Assembly (NCBI RefSeq): GCF_057098645.1
Contig: NZ_CM169472.1
Strand: one strand, 5' to 3'
Length of the DNA stretch: 64,000 nt
Both the position numbers and the translations under genes were made by a program. The notes under the pieces were generated by a model. That model was not told where the DNA came from. It worked only from the letters and a program-made list of their open reading frames with translations, and did not search any database. Numbering within the stretch: the stretch's first letter is position 1; each line of letters starts with the position of its first letter. Below are positions 45,916 to 55,691 of the stretch, piece after piece.

Positions 45916-47481
45916 ATGTCCAGAAAGAGAAAATCCAGGAGCACTATGGAAACCTGTTTTAAGATCCTTCAGCTCAAGTTCGACAAGAAGCTGACTAACC
46001 GTTGTATCGGACTGACGTTACACATCAGCGCCTCAACCGTTTTTGAGGTTCTTGCCCGCTTCAAAGCCTCTTCTCTGTCATGGCCATTACCTGCTGATAT
46101 ATCCCATGACACGCTGGAGAAACTCATTTTTCCGCCCAAAGACACCTTTGCATCAGAGCTTGTAATGCCTGACATGTTGTACTTCGATACGGAAATGAGA
46201 AAACCAGGTGTGACGCGGCAACTGTTGTGGATGGAATACAAGGCACAGGCGGGTAACAAAGCGATGGGATACTCGCACTTCTGCCGTTGCTACCGGGAGT
46301 GGAAAAAAACGCGACGTCTCTCCATGCGCCAGGAGCATCGTGCCGGCGAAAAGCTTTTTATCGACTTCTGTGGTCCTACGGTTCCTGTTATTAATCCGGA
46401 CACCGGTGAGATACGCCGCGTGGCAATCTTCGTGGCCGTAATGGGGGCGTCCAACTATACCTACGTTGAAGCGTGCGAAGGTCAGGACATGATGTCATGG
46501 TTAAATGCCCACAGCCGTTGCCTGACCTTCCTGGGCGGCGTACCGAAGCTGCTCATCCCCGATAACCTCAGAAGCGCAGTGAAAAAGGCCGATCGATATG
46601 AGCCTGTCATCAACGACAGTTATCAGGCACTGGCTGAGCACTATGGCACGGTTATCATCCCGGCCCGACCACGCAAACCTAAAGATAAACCAAAAGCAGA
46701 AAACGGCGTCCTCATCGTTGAACGATGGCTTCTTGCCCGCATCCGTAATGAAACCTTCCACACGCTCAGGGCGCTGAATGCGCGCCTTAGGGAGTTACTG
46801 ACAGACATGAATAACCGGCCAATGAAGGGGTACGGCAATCAAACCCGTGCAGAACGCTTCCGCATACTGGATGCGCCAGCACTCTCTCCGCTGCCTCTGG
46901 CACCTTATGAATACACGGAATACAAAGCTGTGAAGGTTGGCCCTGACTACCACGTTGAATATGCCCGTCACTGGTACTCCGTTCCACACGAACTGGTCGG
47001 TCAGCGTCTGTCACTGAAGGCGGGGCAGTCGGTGGTACAGCTCTGGCACAAGGGGCAGTGTGTGGCGCAACATCCGCGCAGCACACATGAATATAAACAC
47101 ACAACCAATCCGCTTCACATGCCAGAGCGCCACCGGCAGCACGGGACATGGACACCGGAACGCCTGATCGAGCAGGGAAAACGTACGGGCCCGTCCACAG
47201 GCCGGGTGGTTGAATCCATGCTGAAGGCAAAACCCCATCCGGAACTGGCTTATCGTGCAGTTCTGGGGCTGCTGGCACTTCAGAAAAAATACGGCCCGGA
47301 ACGGCTGGAAAAGGCCTGTTACGTTGCCCTGCACTATAACGCCCCTGACAGACGCTTTATCGACAATCTGCTGCGTCACCATCGGGAGAACCTGGAGCTT
47401 CCATTATCCCGCCAGGGCGAACAACATCCGGCATATGCTTCAGAGCATGAAAACCTGCGTGGTCCGGGCTACTACCACTGA
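45916..47481 (+). CDS. istA: IS21-family transposase IstA
   Basis: About 520-aa ORF with N-terminal HTH and DDE-type core, followed by istB. Confidence 0.75.
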   Translation: MSRKRKSRSTMETCFKILQLKFDKKLTNRCIGLTLHISASTVFEVLARFKASSLSWPLPADISHDTLEKLIFPPKDTFASELVMPDMLYFDTEMRKPGVTRQLLWMEYKAQAGNKAMGYSHFCRCYREWKKTRRLSMRQEHRAGEKLFIDFCGPTVPVINPDTGEIRRVAIFVAVMGASNYTYVEACEGQDMMSWLNAHSRCLTFLGGVPKLLIPDNLRSAVKKADRYEPVINDSYQALAEHYGTVIIPARPRKPKDKPKAENGVLIVERWLLARIRNETFHTLRALNARLRELLTDMNNRPMKGYGNQTRAERFRILDAPALSPLPLAPYEYTEYKAVKVGPDYHVEYARHWYSVPHELVGQRLSLKAGQSVVQLWHKGQCVAQHPRSTHEYKHTTNPLHMPERHRQHGTWTPERLIEQGKRTGPSTGRVVESMLKAKPHPELAYRAVLGLLALQKKYGPERLEKACYVALHYNAPDRRFIDNLLRHHRENLELPLSRQGEQHPAYASEHENLRGPGYYH

Positions 47482-47497
47482 CAGAAGGAACAACAGT

Positions 47498-48253
47498 ATG
47501 AGTGATAACCTGTTAAACAAACTGACCCAACTGAAACTCCCGGCGATGGCCGGGAGCCTGATACGGCAGCGGGAAACGCCTCAGACCTACGACGAACTGT
47601 CGTTCGAGGAAAGGCTGACGCTGCTGGTTGATGACGAGCTTCTGAGCAGGGAAAACAGCCGTGTGGCACGGTTGAGAAAAAATGCCGGCCTGAAATACCA
47701 GGCAACACCGGAAGGGCTGCGCTATCCGGCCTCAAGAGGTCTGCGGGCTGAACAGATGAGAGAACTGCTGAACGGCCACTACATAACCCACAGGAAAAAC
47801 CTGCTGATAACCGGTCCGACAGGATGTGGCAAGAGCTGGATAGCCAATGCGCTGGGCGAACAGGCATGTCGACAGAAACACAGCGTCCGGTACTGTAGAA
47901 CCGGGCGATTACTGGAACAACTGGCTCAGGGACGTGTTGATGGCAGCTGGCTGAAATATCTGAAACAGTTGCAAAAAATACAGGTTCTAATCCTGGACGA
48001 TCTGGGGCTGGAACAGTTAAGTAACGCCCAGTGTAATGACCTTCTGGAGCTCATAGAGGATCGTTACGGACAAAGCAGCACGATAGTGGTAAGCCAGTTC
48101 CCGGTAGATAAATGGCATGGTCTGATGGAGAACCCAACAACAGCAGATGCCATCCTGGACAGACTGGTACATAACTCACACCGAGTGGTCCTTCAGGGAG
48201 AGTCACTGAGGAAAAATCCCCCGGTAGTGGAAAGCAGCGAAAAAACGCGTTAA
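47498..48253 (+). CDS. istB: IS21-family ATP-binding helper IstB
   Basis: Walker A GPTGCGKS, Walker B ILDDLG, C-terminal ILDRLVHNSHRVVLQGESLR as in IstB. Confidence 0.8.
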   Translation: MSDNLLNKLTQLKLPAMAGSLIRQRETPQTYDELSFEERLTLLVDDELLSRENSRVARLRKNAGLKYQATPEGLRYPASRGLRAEQMRELLNGHYITHRKNLLITGPTGCGKSWIANALGEQACRQKHSVRYCRTGRLLEQLAQGRVDGSWLKYLKQLQKIQVLILDDLGLEQLSNAQCNDLLELIEDRYGQSSTIVVSQFPVDKWHGLMENPTTADAILDRLVHNSHRVVLQGESLRKNPPVVESSEKTR

Positions 48254-48525
48254 AAAGCGGTAGAAAAAGTTAAGTTCCCGGTTGATCGAATGGATGCGAA
48301 TCGCTGATCGGACTTCGATGCCAATCCGTGATCGAATAGAGCGGAATACGCAGTTTGTTGGGGGTGATTTGATTCACCGTGAACTCTCCGGCCTGCATCA
48401 GCTCTACATTCCGCATATTTTCAGTTACCTGAATGAAGATATTGATTTTGTGCTGAATGAACTGAAAGCCAAAGGCCTGTGCCGCGATTTTCTCGCCCAG
48501 CAGAAAGACCGGGGAGACAGGACGC

Positions 48526-48981
48526 ATGTTTGATTTTCCCCAGCCCGGTGAGATTTACCGTTCTGCCGGTTTTCCCGATGTGGCCGTGGTCGGCATTCTG
48601 GAAGACGGTATTCCGTGGGAAATGCCGTACCGCTGCCCGGACATTGTCTGGAACCCGTACCGCCGTAAATTCAGTATCCTTGTGCGTATCCTCGCTGACG
48701 GGCGCACCACAGACATCCCGCTGGGGCGTTTTCTGCGGGAATTTACCTGTGACCGTCCTGACCTGTTTAAACGCAGCCCCGTAAACCGGCATGCGGTACT
48801 GAAAGAAATGGCCGGAGACCCGGAATTACAGAAATGGCGGGAGAAATATCTGGATATTTACCCGCAGGACCCTGTTCCGGTCAGCCGGGCGGCACCGGTG
48901 GCGCGGGAATGGCGGGAAATTCCCCGCACGGAGCCTGACCCGGAAATCACCCCGGATAACAGTTACCGCAATTATCTGTAA
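48526..48981 (+). CDS. P4-like early-region protein (orf151 equivalent)
   Basis: 151-aa ORF upstream of alpha in the same orientation. Confidence 0.5.
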   Translation: MFDFPQPGEIYRSAGFPDVAVVGILEDGIPWEMPYRCPDIVWNPYRRKFSILVRILADGRTTDIPLGRFLREFTCDRPDLFKRSPVNRHAVLKEMAGDPELQKWREKYLDIYPQDPVPVSRAAPVAREWREIPRTEPDPEITPDNSYRNYL

Positions 48982-49116
48982 TTAAAAAACGACACCCGAA
49001 AAATTAAATGTGCGTATTCGCGCAGGGATACGCACGTCTTCAGGAGACGCAGATATGCCTTATCAGTTAATGCAACCGGCACGGAATGCAGTCATCTGTC
49101 ACAGGGAGGAAAACAA

Positions 49117-49437
49117 ATGAAAACACCCTTACCGCCCGTCTTACGCGCTGCCCTTTACCGTCGCGCTGTCGCCTGTGCCTGGCTGACCGTGTGCGAACGT
49201 CAGCACCGCTACCCGCATCTCACCCTTGAGTCACTGGAAGCGGCCATCGCCGCTGAGCTGGAAGGCTTTTATCTGCGCCAGCACGGTGAGGAAAAAGGGC
49301 GTCAGATAGCCTGTGCCCTGCTGGAAGATTTAATGGAATCCGGCCCCCTGAAGGCCGCGCCGTCGCTGTCCTTTCTCGGGCTGGTTGTGATGGATGAACT
49401 CTGTGCCCGTCACATAAAAGCGCCGGTACTGCACTGA
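49117..49437 (+). CDS. P4-like early-region protein (orf106 equivalent)
   Basis: 106-aa ORF immediately upstream of alpha. Confidence 0.5.
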
Positions 49438-49451
49438 AGGAGAACAACACC

Positions 49452-51785
49452 ATGAAAATGAACGTAACCGCCACCGTCAGCCATGCGCTCGGCCACTGGC
49501 CGCGTATTCTCCCGGCGCTGGGGATTCAGGTGCTGAAAAACCGTCATCAGCCCTGTCCGGTCTGTGGCGGGAGTGACCGCTTCCGTTTTGATGACAGGGA
49601 GGGGCGCGGCACCTGGTACTGCAATCAGTGTGGTGCCGGTGACGGCCTGAAACTGGTTGAAAAGGTGTTTGGTGTCTCCCCGTCCGACGCGGCCGCAAAG
49701 GTGGCTGCCGTGACCGGCAGCCTGCCCCCGGCTGACCCGGCAGTGACGGCTGCCGCCGGTGCTGAAACAGACGCTGCCCGGAAGAACGCCGCCGCACTGG
49801 CACAAACCCTGATGGCGAAAACCCGTCCCGGAACCGGTAACGCCTACCTGACCCGCAAGGGCTTTCCCGGCCGGGAATGCCGGATGCTGACCGGCACACA
49901 CAGATCCGGTGGCGTGAGCTGGCGTGCCGGTGACCTTGTGGTGCCACTGTATGACGACAGCGGCGAACTGGTTAACCTTCAGTTAATCAGTGCTGACGGC
50001 CGTAAGCGCACCCTGAAAGGCGGACAGGTCAGGGGCACCTGTCACACCCTTGAAGGACAGAATCAGGCCGGAAAACGTCTGTGGATAGCGGAGGGATACG
50101 CGACCGCACTTACCGTACATCACCTGACCGGTGAAACGGTGATGGTGGCGCTTTCTTCCGTGAACCTCCTTTCTCTGGCCAGCCTTGCCCGGCAGAAGCA
50201 TCCGGCCTGTCAGATTGTCCTTGCCGCAGACCGTGACCTCAGCGGTGACGGCCAGAAAAAAGCCGCCGCAGCCGCAGATGCGTGTGAGGGCGTTGTTGCC
50301 CTGCCGCCGGTCTTCGGTGACTGGAATGATGCCTTCACGCAGTACGGCGGGGAGGCCACCCGTAAGGCCATTTACGATGCCATCCGGCCACCGGCTGAAA
50401 GCCCGTTCGACACCATGAGCGAAGCAGAGTTTTCCGCCATGAGTACCAGCGAAAAGGCCATGCGTATCTATGAGCATTACGGCGAGGCGCTCGCGGTTGA
50501 TGCCAACGGCCAGCTTCTGTCCCGTTATGAAAATGGTGTCTGGAAGGTGCTGCCGCCACAGGACTTTGCCCGGGATGTGGCCGGGCTGTTTCAGCGTCTG
50601 CGCGCGCCGTTCTCCTCCGGGAAGGTGGCCTCCGTGGTGGACACCCTGAAGCTGATTATTCCGCAGCAGGAAGCCCCCTCCCGCCGCCTGATTGGCTTTC
50701 GTAACGGCGTGCTCGACACGCAGAACGGCACGTTCCACCCGCACAGTCCGTCACACTGGATGCGCACCCTGTGCGATGTGGATTTCACCCCGCCGGTGGA
50801 CGGTGAAACGCTGGAGACCCACGCCCCCGCGTTCTGGCGCTGGCTTGACCGTGCCGCCGGTGGCCGTGCGGAAAAACGCGACGTGATTCTGGCCGCACTG
50901 TTTATGGTGCTGGCAAACCGCTATGACTGGCAGCTCTTTCTGGAGGTGACCGGTCCCGGCGGCAGCGGCAAAAGTATCATGGCCGAAATAGCCACCCTGC
51001 TGGCCGGTGAGGATAACGCCACGTCGGCCACTATTGAGACGCTGGAATCCCCGCGTGAACGTGCCGCGTTAACTGGCTTCTCACTGATACGCCTGCCGGA
51101 CCAGGAAAAATGGAGCGGCGACGGTGCCGGACTCAAGGCCATCACCGGCGGCGATGCGGTGTCCGTGGACCCGAAATACCGGGATGCGTACTCCACGCAT
51201 ATCCCGGCGGTGATTCTGGCCGTGAACAATAACCCGATGCGCTTCACCGACCGCAGCGGCGGCGTGTCACGCCGGCGGGTGATTATTCACTTCCCGGAAC
51301 AGATAGCCCCGCAGGAGCGCGACCCGCAACTTAAGGACAAAATCACCCGCGAGCTGGCGGTCATCGTGCGTCACCTGATGCAGAAGTTCAGCGACCCGAT
51401 GCTCGCCCGGTCACTGCTTCAGTCCCAGCAGAACTCAGACGAGGCACTGAACATCAAACGGGATGCCGACCCGACGTTTGATTTTATCGGCTATCTGGAA
51501 ACCCTGCCGCAGACCAGCGGCATGTATATGGGGAACGCCAGTATCATCCCGCGTAATTACCGTAAATACCTCTATCACGCCTATCTGGCCTACATGGAGG
51601 CAAACGGCTACCGGAATGTACTCAGTCTGAAAATGTTCGGGCTGGGGCTGCCGGTGATGCTGAAGGAATACGGGCTGAATTACGAGAAGCGCCATACCAA
51701 ACAGGGGATACAGACCAACCTGACGCTGAAAGAGGAAAGCTACGGCGACTGGCTGCCAAAATGTGACGACCCTGCAACAACCTGA
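49452..51785 (+). CDS. alpha: P4-like alpha primase-helicase
   Basis: 777-aa ORF with N-terminal zinc-binding primase motif (CPVCGG...CNQCG), Walker A GPGGSGKS, P4 position. Confidence 0.85.
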   Translation: MKMNVTATVSHALGHWPRILPALGIQVLKNRHQPCPVCGGSDRFRFDDREGRGTWYCNQCGAGDGLKLVEKVFGVSPSDAAAKVAAVTGSLPPADPAVTAAAGAETDAARKNAAALAQTLMAKTRPGTGNAYLTRKGFPGRECRMLTGTHRSGGVSWRAGDLVVPLYDDSGELVNLQLISADGRKRTLKGGQVRGTCHTLEGQNQAGKRLWIAEGYATALTVHHLTGETVMVALSSVNLLSLASLARQKHPACQIVLAADRDLSGDGQKKAAAAADACEGVVALPPVFGDWNDAFTQYGGEATRKAIYDAIRPPAESPFDTMSEAEFSAMSTSEKAMRIYEHYGEALAVDANGQLLSRYENGVWKVLPPQDFARDVAGLFQRLRAPFSSGKVASVVDTLKLIIPQQEAPSRRLIGFRNGVLDTQNGTFHPHSPSHWMRTLCDVDFTPPVDGETLETHAPAFWRWLDRAAGGRAEKRDVILAALFMVLANRYDWQLFLEVTGPGGSGKSIMAEIATLLAGEDNATSATIETLESPRERAALTGFSLIRLPDQEKWSGDGAGLKAITGGDAVSVDPKYRDAYSTHIPAVILAVNNNPMRFTDRSGGVSRRRVIIHFPEQIAPQERDPQLKDKITRELAVIVRHLMQKFSDPMLARSLLQSQQNSDEALNIKRDADPTFDFIGYLETLPQTSGMYMGNASIIPRNYRKYLYHAYLAYMEANGYRNVLSLKMFGLGLPVMLKEYGLNYEKRHTKQGIQTNLTLKEESYGDWLPKCDDPATT

Positions 51786-51792
51786 CCCACCT

Positions 51793-51818
51793 GACCGGCA
51801 TCTGCCGGTCTTTTTTTA
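51793..51818 (+). terminator. intrinsic terminator downstream of alpha
   Basis: ccggcatctgccgg hairpin followed by a T7 run. Confidence 0.6.
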
Positions 51819-51825
51819 TCCCGAC

Positions 51826-52115
51826 ATCCCCCGAAGGTGAACAATCCACTGTTCACCCTTCACCGTATATTCACCCGTTATCACACTGAAATTAAAAGAG
51901 AAAAACGAAAGGTGAACAGTGTGAACAATCAAATCAAAAAAAACTTTTTTCTCCCTGCGTGATTTTCAGTGCAGGGGACTAATCGCCGGTATGAGTCACA
52001 CCGGCAGAATACCGGAGGTGAAGAATCGAATGTTCACCCTTCACCCATTATTCACCACCTATCATACTGAAATAAAAGGAGAAAAAAGAAAGGTGAACAG
52101 TGTGAACAGTTCTTT
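51826..52115. repeat. crr-like cis replication region: two direct repeats of about 105 bp, each carrying TGTTCACC/GGTGAACA iterons
   Basis: Copies at about 51831-51935 and 52005-52110, near-identical. Confidence 0.65.
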
Positions 52116-52320
52116 CGAAAAAAAATTTTTTATGTGGATAAAAGATGCACTGGTTTGGATCCGAGCTACGGATCCAAACTTACTGATTAAAAATGATTTA
52201 ACTTTCCGATTTATTGATGGGCTGAAAATAGATTGGTCAGAAAAACAGTGGGGGCACAAAAGGGGGCATATTTCATTGTTGTGTTTTATTATTTGTTTTT
52301 TATCATTAACTTATTTTGAT

Positions 52321-52344
52321 GTTTGAGTCCGGCCTTCGCACCAC
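52321..52344 (+). repeat. degenerate direct repeat of the tRNA-Leu 3' end (attR-like island boundary)
   Basis: gtttgagtccggccttcgcaccac versus tRNA 3' end gttcgagtccggccttcggcacca. Confidence 0.55.
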
Positions 52345-53020
52345 ACCGTATGCAAATCGAGTCGCTCAAGGGCGGCTTTTTTTGTGTCTGAAATCACCCA
52401 TATCCGTGCAGTATATAGGCCTGCCAGAAAAGCAGTTCAGTATTCTTCATTTTGTAGTCGATGGTCCCAAGTTTGCTCTGGCTGGAAGCTGCATCGTCCA
52501 CATTACGTGGGCAGGGTGGTTTCGCTATGCTACTTGAACGTTTTGACCATGTGGCTCAGGTAGCTAATATCAAAAGACGTCATTTTGTCTCCACGCCCAC
52601 CTTGGTGAACATTCAATAAATAGTTTCGGTCGAGAGCAGTTATGTAGGGCTAGCAGACGAGATGCGCAGACATCTTGTTGAAGACAATTATACTGACCAC
52701 CTGAGAACGCTATTCTACCGAATAATATTTATTATCTTGGCGAATAATGATGATTACCTGTGTAACTATGGTTTTATGCTGATGGGACCGGCAGTACAAT
52801 TTCTGTAGTGTACTCGCAATTTCAGATCTCTGGCGTTTATTCTGGTGCAAAGGAGGTATGTGATGAAAACTTTGCTACCATGCCATTAAATGCGACCAAT
52901 ATCGGATTATCCATCAGTTGCTTGTCGTAGATTTCATTGGTTATAAAAATGCAAGGTGTAAAAGATGAAATTTATAATTATTAGTTAAGTGGCTAGTTTT
53001 ATAGTAATTTAGACAATAGG

Positions 53021-55069
53021 ATGTATGGAAAAATGGAAAAAGTTTATGATACCACTAGAATTAGTAATCTTGCTAACGACCCGAAACAGTTTTGTTCTTT
53101 TTTTTGTGAGTACATAAAAAGAGATGATATTAGTATAGATATCGCCTTGGATGTGCTGAGAATATCTTCCATCTATTATAATAGATTTTCAGTTCAGACT
53201 GAAGTTGAGTATAACAATACATTCAAAAAATGTATTAATGAGCTAGTAAACTCATTTCCTGATAACATTGAACTAATTTCTGAGTTCGAGAGTCAATGTA
53301 AAATTATGCATGATATAAATAATTCTTTCTTTGCGGCTACAAAATGTGCTGGTATTTGGCGTGAAAATACAAAAAAATCACATGCATTAATACTTAATCT
53401 CATCATGTTTTGTGAGATGTTTTTATCATCATTATCATCCTTGGTTGTGGTCAATGATCCTAAAAAAATGAAGAGGATTTTTCCATTATTTATCGTTTCT
53501 GAAAATATTAATATTCATGCTGAACCTGATATCGAATATTTTCGAGTTATCGATAGGGCATTTGATGAGGTAGCCAATTACACCGGAAGAATATTTTCTT
53601 ATTTACGGACTCATGAGCCATTGAAACTAACTTCTTGTGTGAATAAACAAACCTTGCTTTCAATGGGAGGGTACCTTAATGAGTGGAATGTTTTTGACTC
53701 ATTAAGCAGAGTAAGAGACTTTTTCAGACTAAGTAGTGCAGTATTTACAAAATTGGATAATAACATTTACTCTCTTGAGGTTGATAGTTTTTGTTTATAC
53801 CGAGATTATGAGATTGCAAGAAATAGACTAATGATGAGAGCGTCACATCTATATAGCGAAGTTCATGAATTTAGTAACAAACATTTTCATCTAAATAGTT
53901 GGGTAAAGGATCATATGCCATCTTACTTAAATTCTGATGGCGTTTTTAGCTCATTTCATCTAAGCGAGTTGGAAAATATGTCTCCTGATGACCTTCATGA
54001 AGAATATGGGAATATATCATTATTTAATTGGGTGCACGCTTATCAATGTTTAGTCGAGTTATCTAAAGAAGAAATGAGCAAAAGATTTTCATCGACAAAA
54101 CCTATACCCCTACAGTTGGATCGCTGGCTGATCATAAAAAGCCGTGAGAGTTGGTTATCATTCTTTCAACGTAAGGGGATTGCAGCAGATGCAGCAAAAA
54201 AACTGATAGATTATTTTACCTTCAATTCAAAATCACATGATCTTAATGATTGCCCATTTATTCCCTGTATGGACGGTTTATGCTTAATGCCTGCATTCAT
54301 AGCAAATAGCTCAGTGACTCGCTCTCTAATGTCATTATTTGGTTCCAAAAAAATTTCTCAAGCAAGTAAAGGGCGATTTCATGAGCAACAATTTATAAAA
54401 CAAGTTCGTGATGCGGGGATTAAAGCTTCTCCAATTGATGCTCATGCTAATTATCAGTGCGATTGCGTGATTCTCCTGGATGATTGTTTGATTTTTACAG
54501 AACTAAAATCAAATGGTCAACCAATATATTATGGTAAGTACTATCAGCAAGTGTGTAACATCGTTGGAGATAGCTCATTAATACATGATCATAATAATAA
54601 ATTTATGCGTTCTTATTTTCAACAAATAAATCGAACTTCTGAACATTATCTTAATCATCTTGATGTGATCATTAAAGAATTCGAACTACCATCAACATGG
54701 CAACCCAAAGGTGTGTATAAGCTTATTGTTACTACAACTATGCTCGGTGGGAAATATCATGTGGATGATACATATGTAGCGGACAAATATGCATTATCTA
54801 GTTTTTTTCAACGAATACCTGGAGTGATATATCAAACAAATGAAAATGGAGAAATGGCGAAAAATATCATTGATGGGTTTGAGTGTTGCGAAGGGGAAAT
54901 CACTATCGATAAGTTTATAGATTATCTTTCCTCTTTGCCCGGTATTAATGCTGTACGTAAAAATATACAAAAATTAACTTATAGTGTTCGATTTAATGAA
55001 AAACTAGTCCATCACCCTTATTATGATTCTTGGGCTTTTGGCCCATATATTCGTAAGGGAAATGATTAG
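53021..55069 (+). CDS. large AT-rich hypothetical protein, no recognisable motif
   Basis: 682-codon uninterrupted ORF in an island of low GC; standalone gene flanked by long noncoding regions. Confidence 0.55.
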   Translation: MYGKMEKVYDTTRISNLANDPKQFCSFFCEYIKRDDISIDIALDVLRISSIYYNRFSVQTEVEYNNTFKKCINELVNSFPDNIELISEFESQCKIMHDINNSFFAATKCAGIWRENTKKSHALILNLIMFCEMFLSSLSSLVVVNDPKKMKRIFPLFIVSENINIHAEPDIEYFRVIDRAFDEVANYTGRIFSYLRTHEPLKLTSCVNKQTLLSMGGYLNEWNVFDSLSRVRDFFRLSSAVFTKLDNNIYSLEVDSFCLYRDYEIARNRLMMRASHLYSEVHEFSNKHFHLNSWVKDHMPSYLNSDGVFSSFHLSELENMSPDDLHEEYGNISLFNWVHAYQCLVELSKEEMSKRFSSTKPIPLQLDRWLIIKSRESWLSFFQRKGIAADAAKKLIDYFTFNSKSHDLNDCPFIPCMDGLCLMPAFIANSSVTRSLMSLFGSKKISQASKGRFHEQQFIKQVRDAGIKASPIDAHANYQCDCVILLDDCLIFTELKSNGQPIYYGKYYQQVCNIVGDSSLIHDHNNKFMRSYFQQINRTSEHYLNHLDVIIKEFELPSTWQPKGVYKLIVTTTMLGGKYHVDDTYVADKYALSSFFQRIPGVIYQTNENGEMAKNIIDGFECCEGEITIDKFIDYLSSLPGINAVRKNIQKLTYSVRFNEKLVHHPYYDSWAFGPYIRKGND

Positions 55070-55092
55070 AGCAATTTATTATATAGTCCATG

Positions 55093-55134
55093 TTATTCAC
55101 TGATTATATTATTGATAATATAATCAGTGAATAA
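55093..55134. promoter_or_regulatory. 42-bp perfect inverted repeat (20-bp arms, 2-nt centre)
   Basis: ttattcactgattatattat tg ataatataatcagtgaataa, 24 bp downstream of the 682-aa ORF stop. Confidence 0.4.
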
Positions 55135-55467
55135 CTCTAATTTTTTTAATGTTGGGGGGTAGCCTGAAATTGAAATTGGTACTACGGAACGGTATGATCA
55201 TATCGCATCAAAATATCAAGGTAGTGATGATTTTCTACGCAACGATCCAGAAACGTGGATTTTATCATCACCATAAGCAATGGCAGCGACAACACCATCA
55301 ATTTCTATATCAAAGGTGGTGAAATGAATTAGAAAATTGTTTATTTAATCCATTAGCGATAAGTTTTATTGTTATTTAGCCGAGATATATTCCATTGAAA
55401 AAAGTAAATTGGCACTGATATTATATCAAATGGGAATAATCCTTTTGTAAATAAGCTGAGGAATGTG

Positions 55468-55650
55468 TTAATTCACATCCAGCGCCTTATAAACCGCATC
55501 AACCGGTTCTGAGTAAAAACTTACCTGAAACTTGGTAAACAACTCTGCCGGAACTGTTGGAATATCCATAGCCGAGGATATCGGCAACAGAACACGTTTT
55601 GCGCCGCTATCGAAGGCGAGTTGTAAACTAGCGGCAAGATCCTGCACTGA
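55468..55650 (-). pseudogene. C-terminal remnant of a Lon-like (S16) protease gene
   Basis: 60-codon open frame without start: ...AKRVLLPISSAMDIPTVPAELFTKFQVSFYSEPVDAVYKALDVN resembles the Lon protease domain C-terminus; truncated at the 5' side. Confidence 0.3.
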
Positions 55651-55691
55651 TTATGTCAGCAATATTGAACATACTGCGATAGTTATCAACC

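Larger units (their letters stand above)
45711..48345 (+). mobile_element. IS21-family insertion sequence (istA-istB) with multiple terminal repeats; ends approximate
   Basis: Two-gene istA/istB organisation; repeated tttggcat/atgccaa motifs at both ends. Confidence 0.7.
38008..52344 (+). mobile_element. P4-like satellite prophage integrated at leuX (int, sid-delta-psu, alpA, alpha, ori/crr iterons), with hotspot cargo and an IS21-family insertion
   Basis: P4 gene content and order; intact tRNA at left, degenerate copy of the tRNA 3' end at 52321-52344. Confidence 0.75.
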
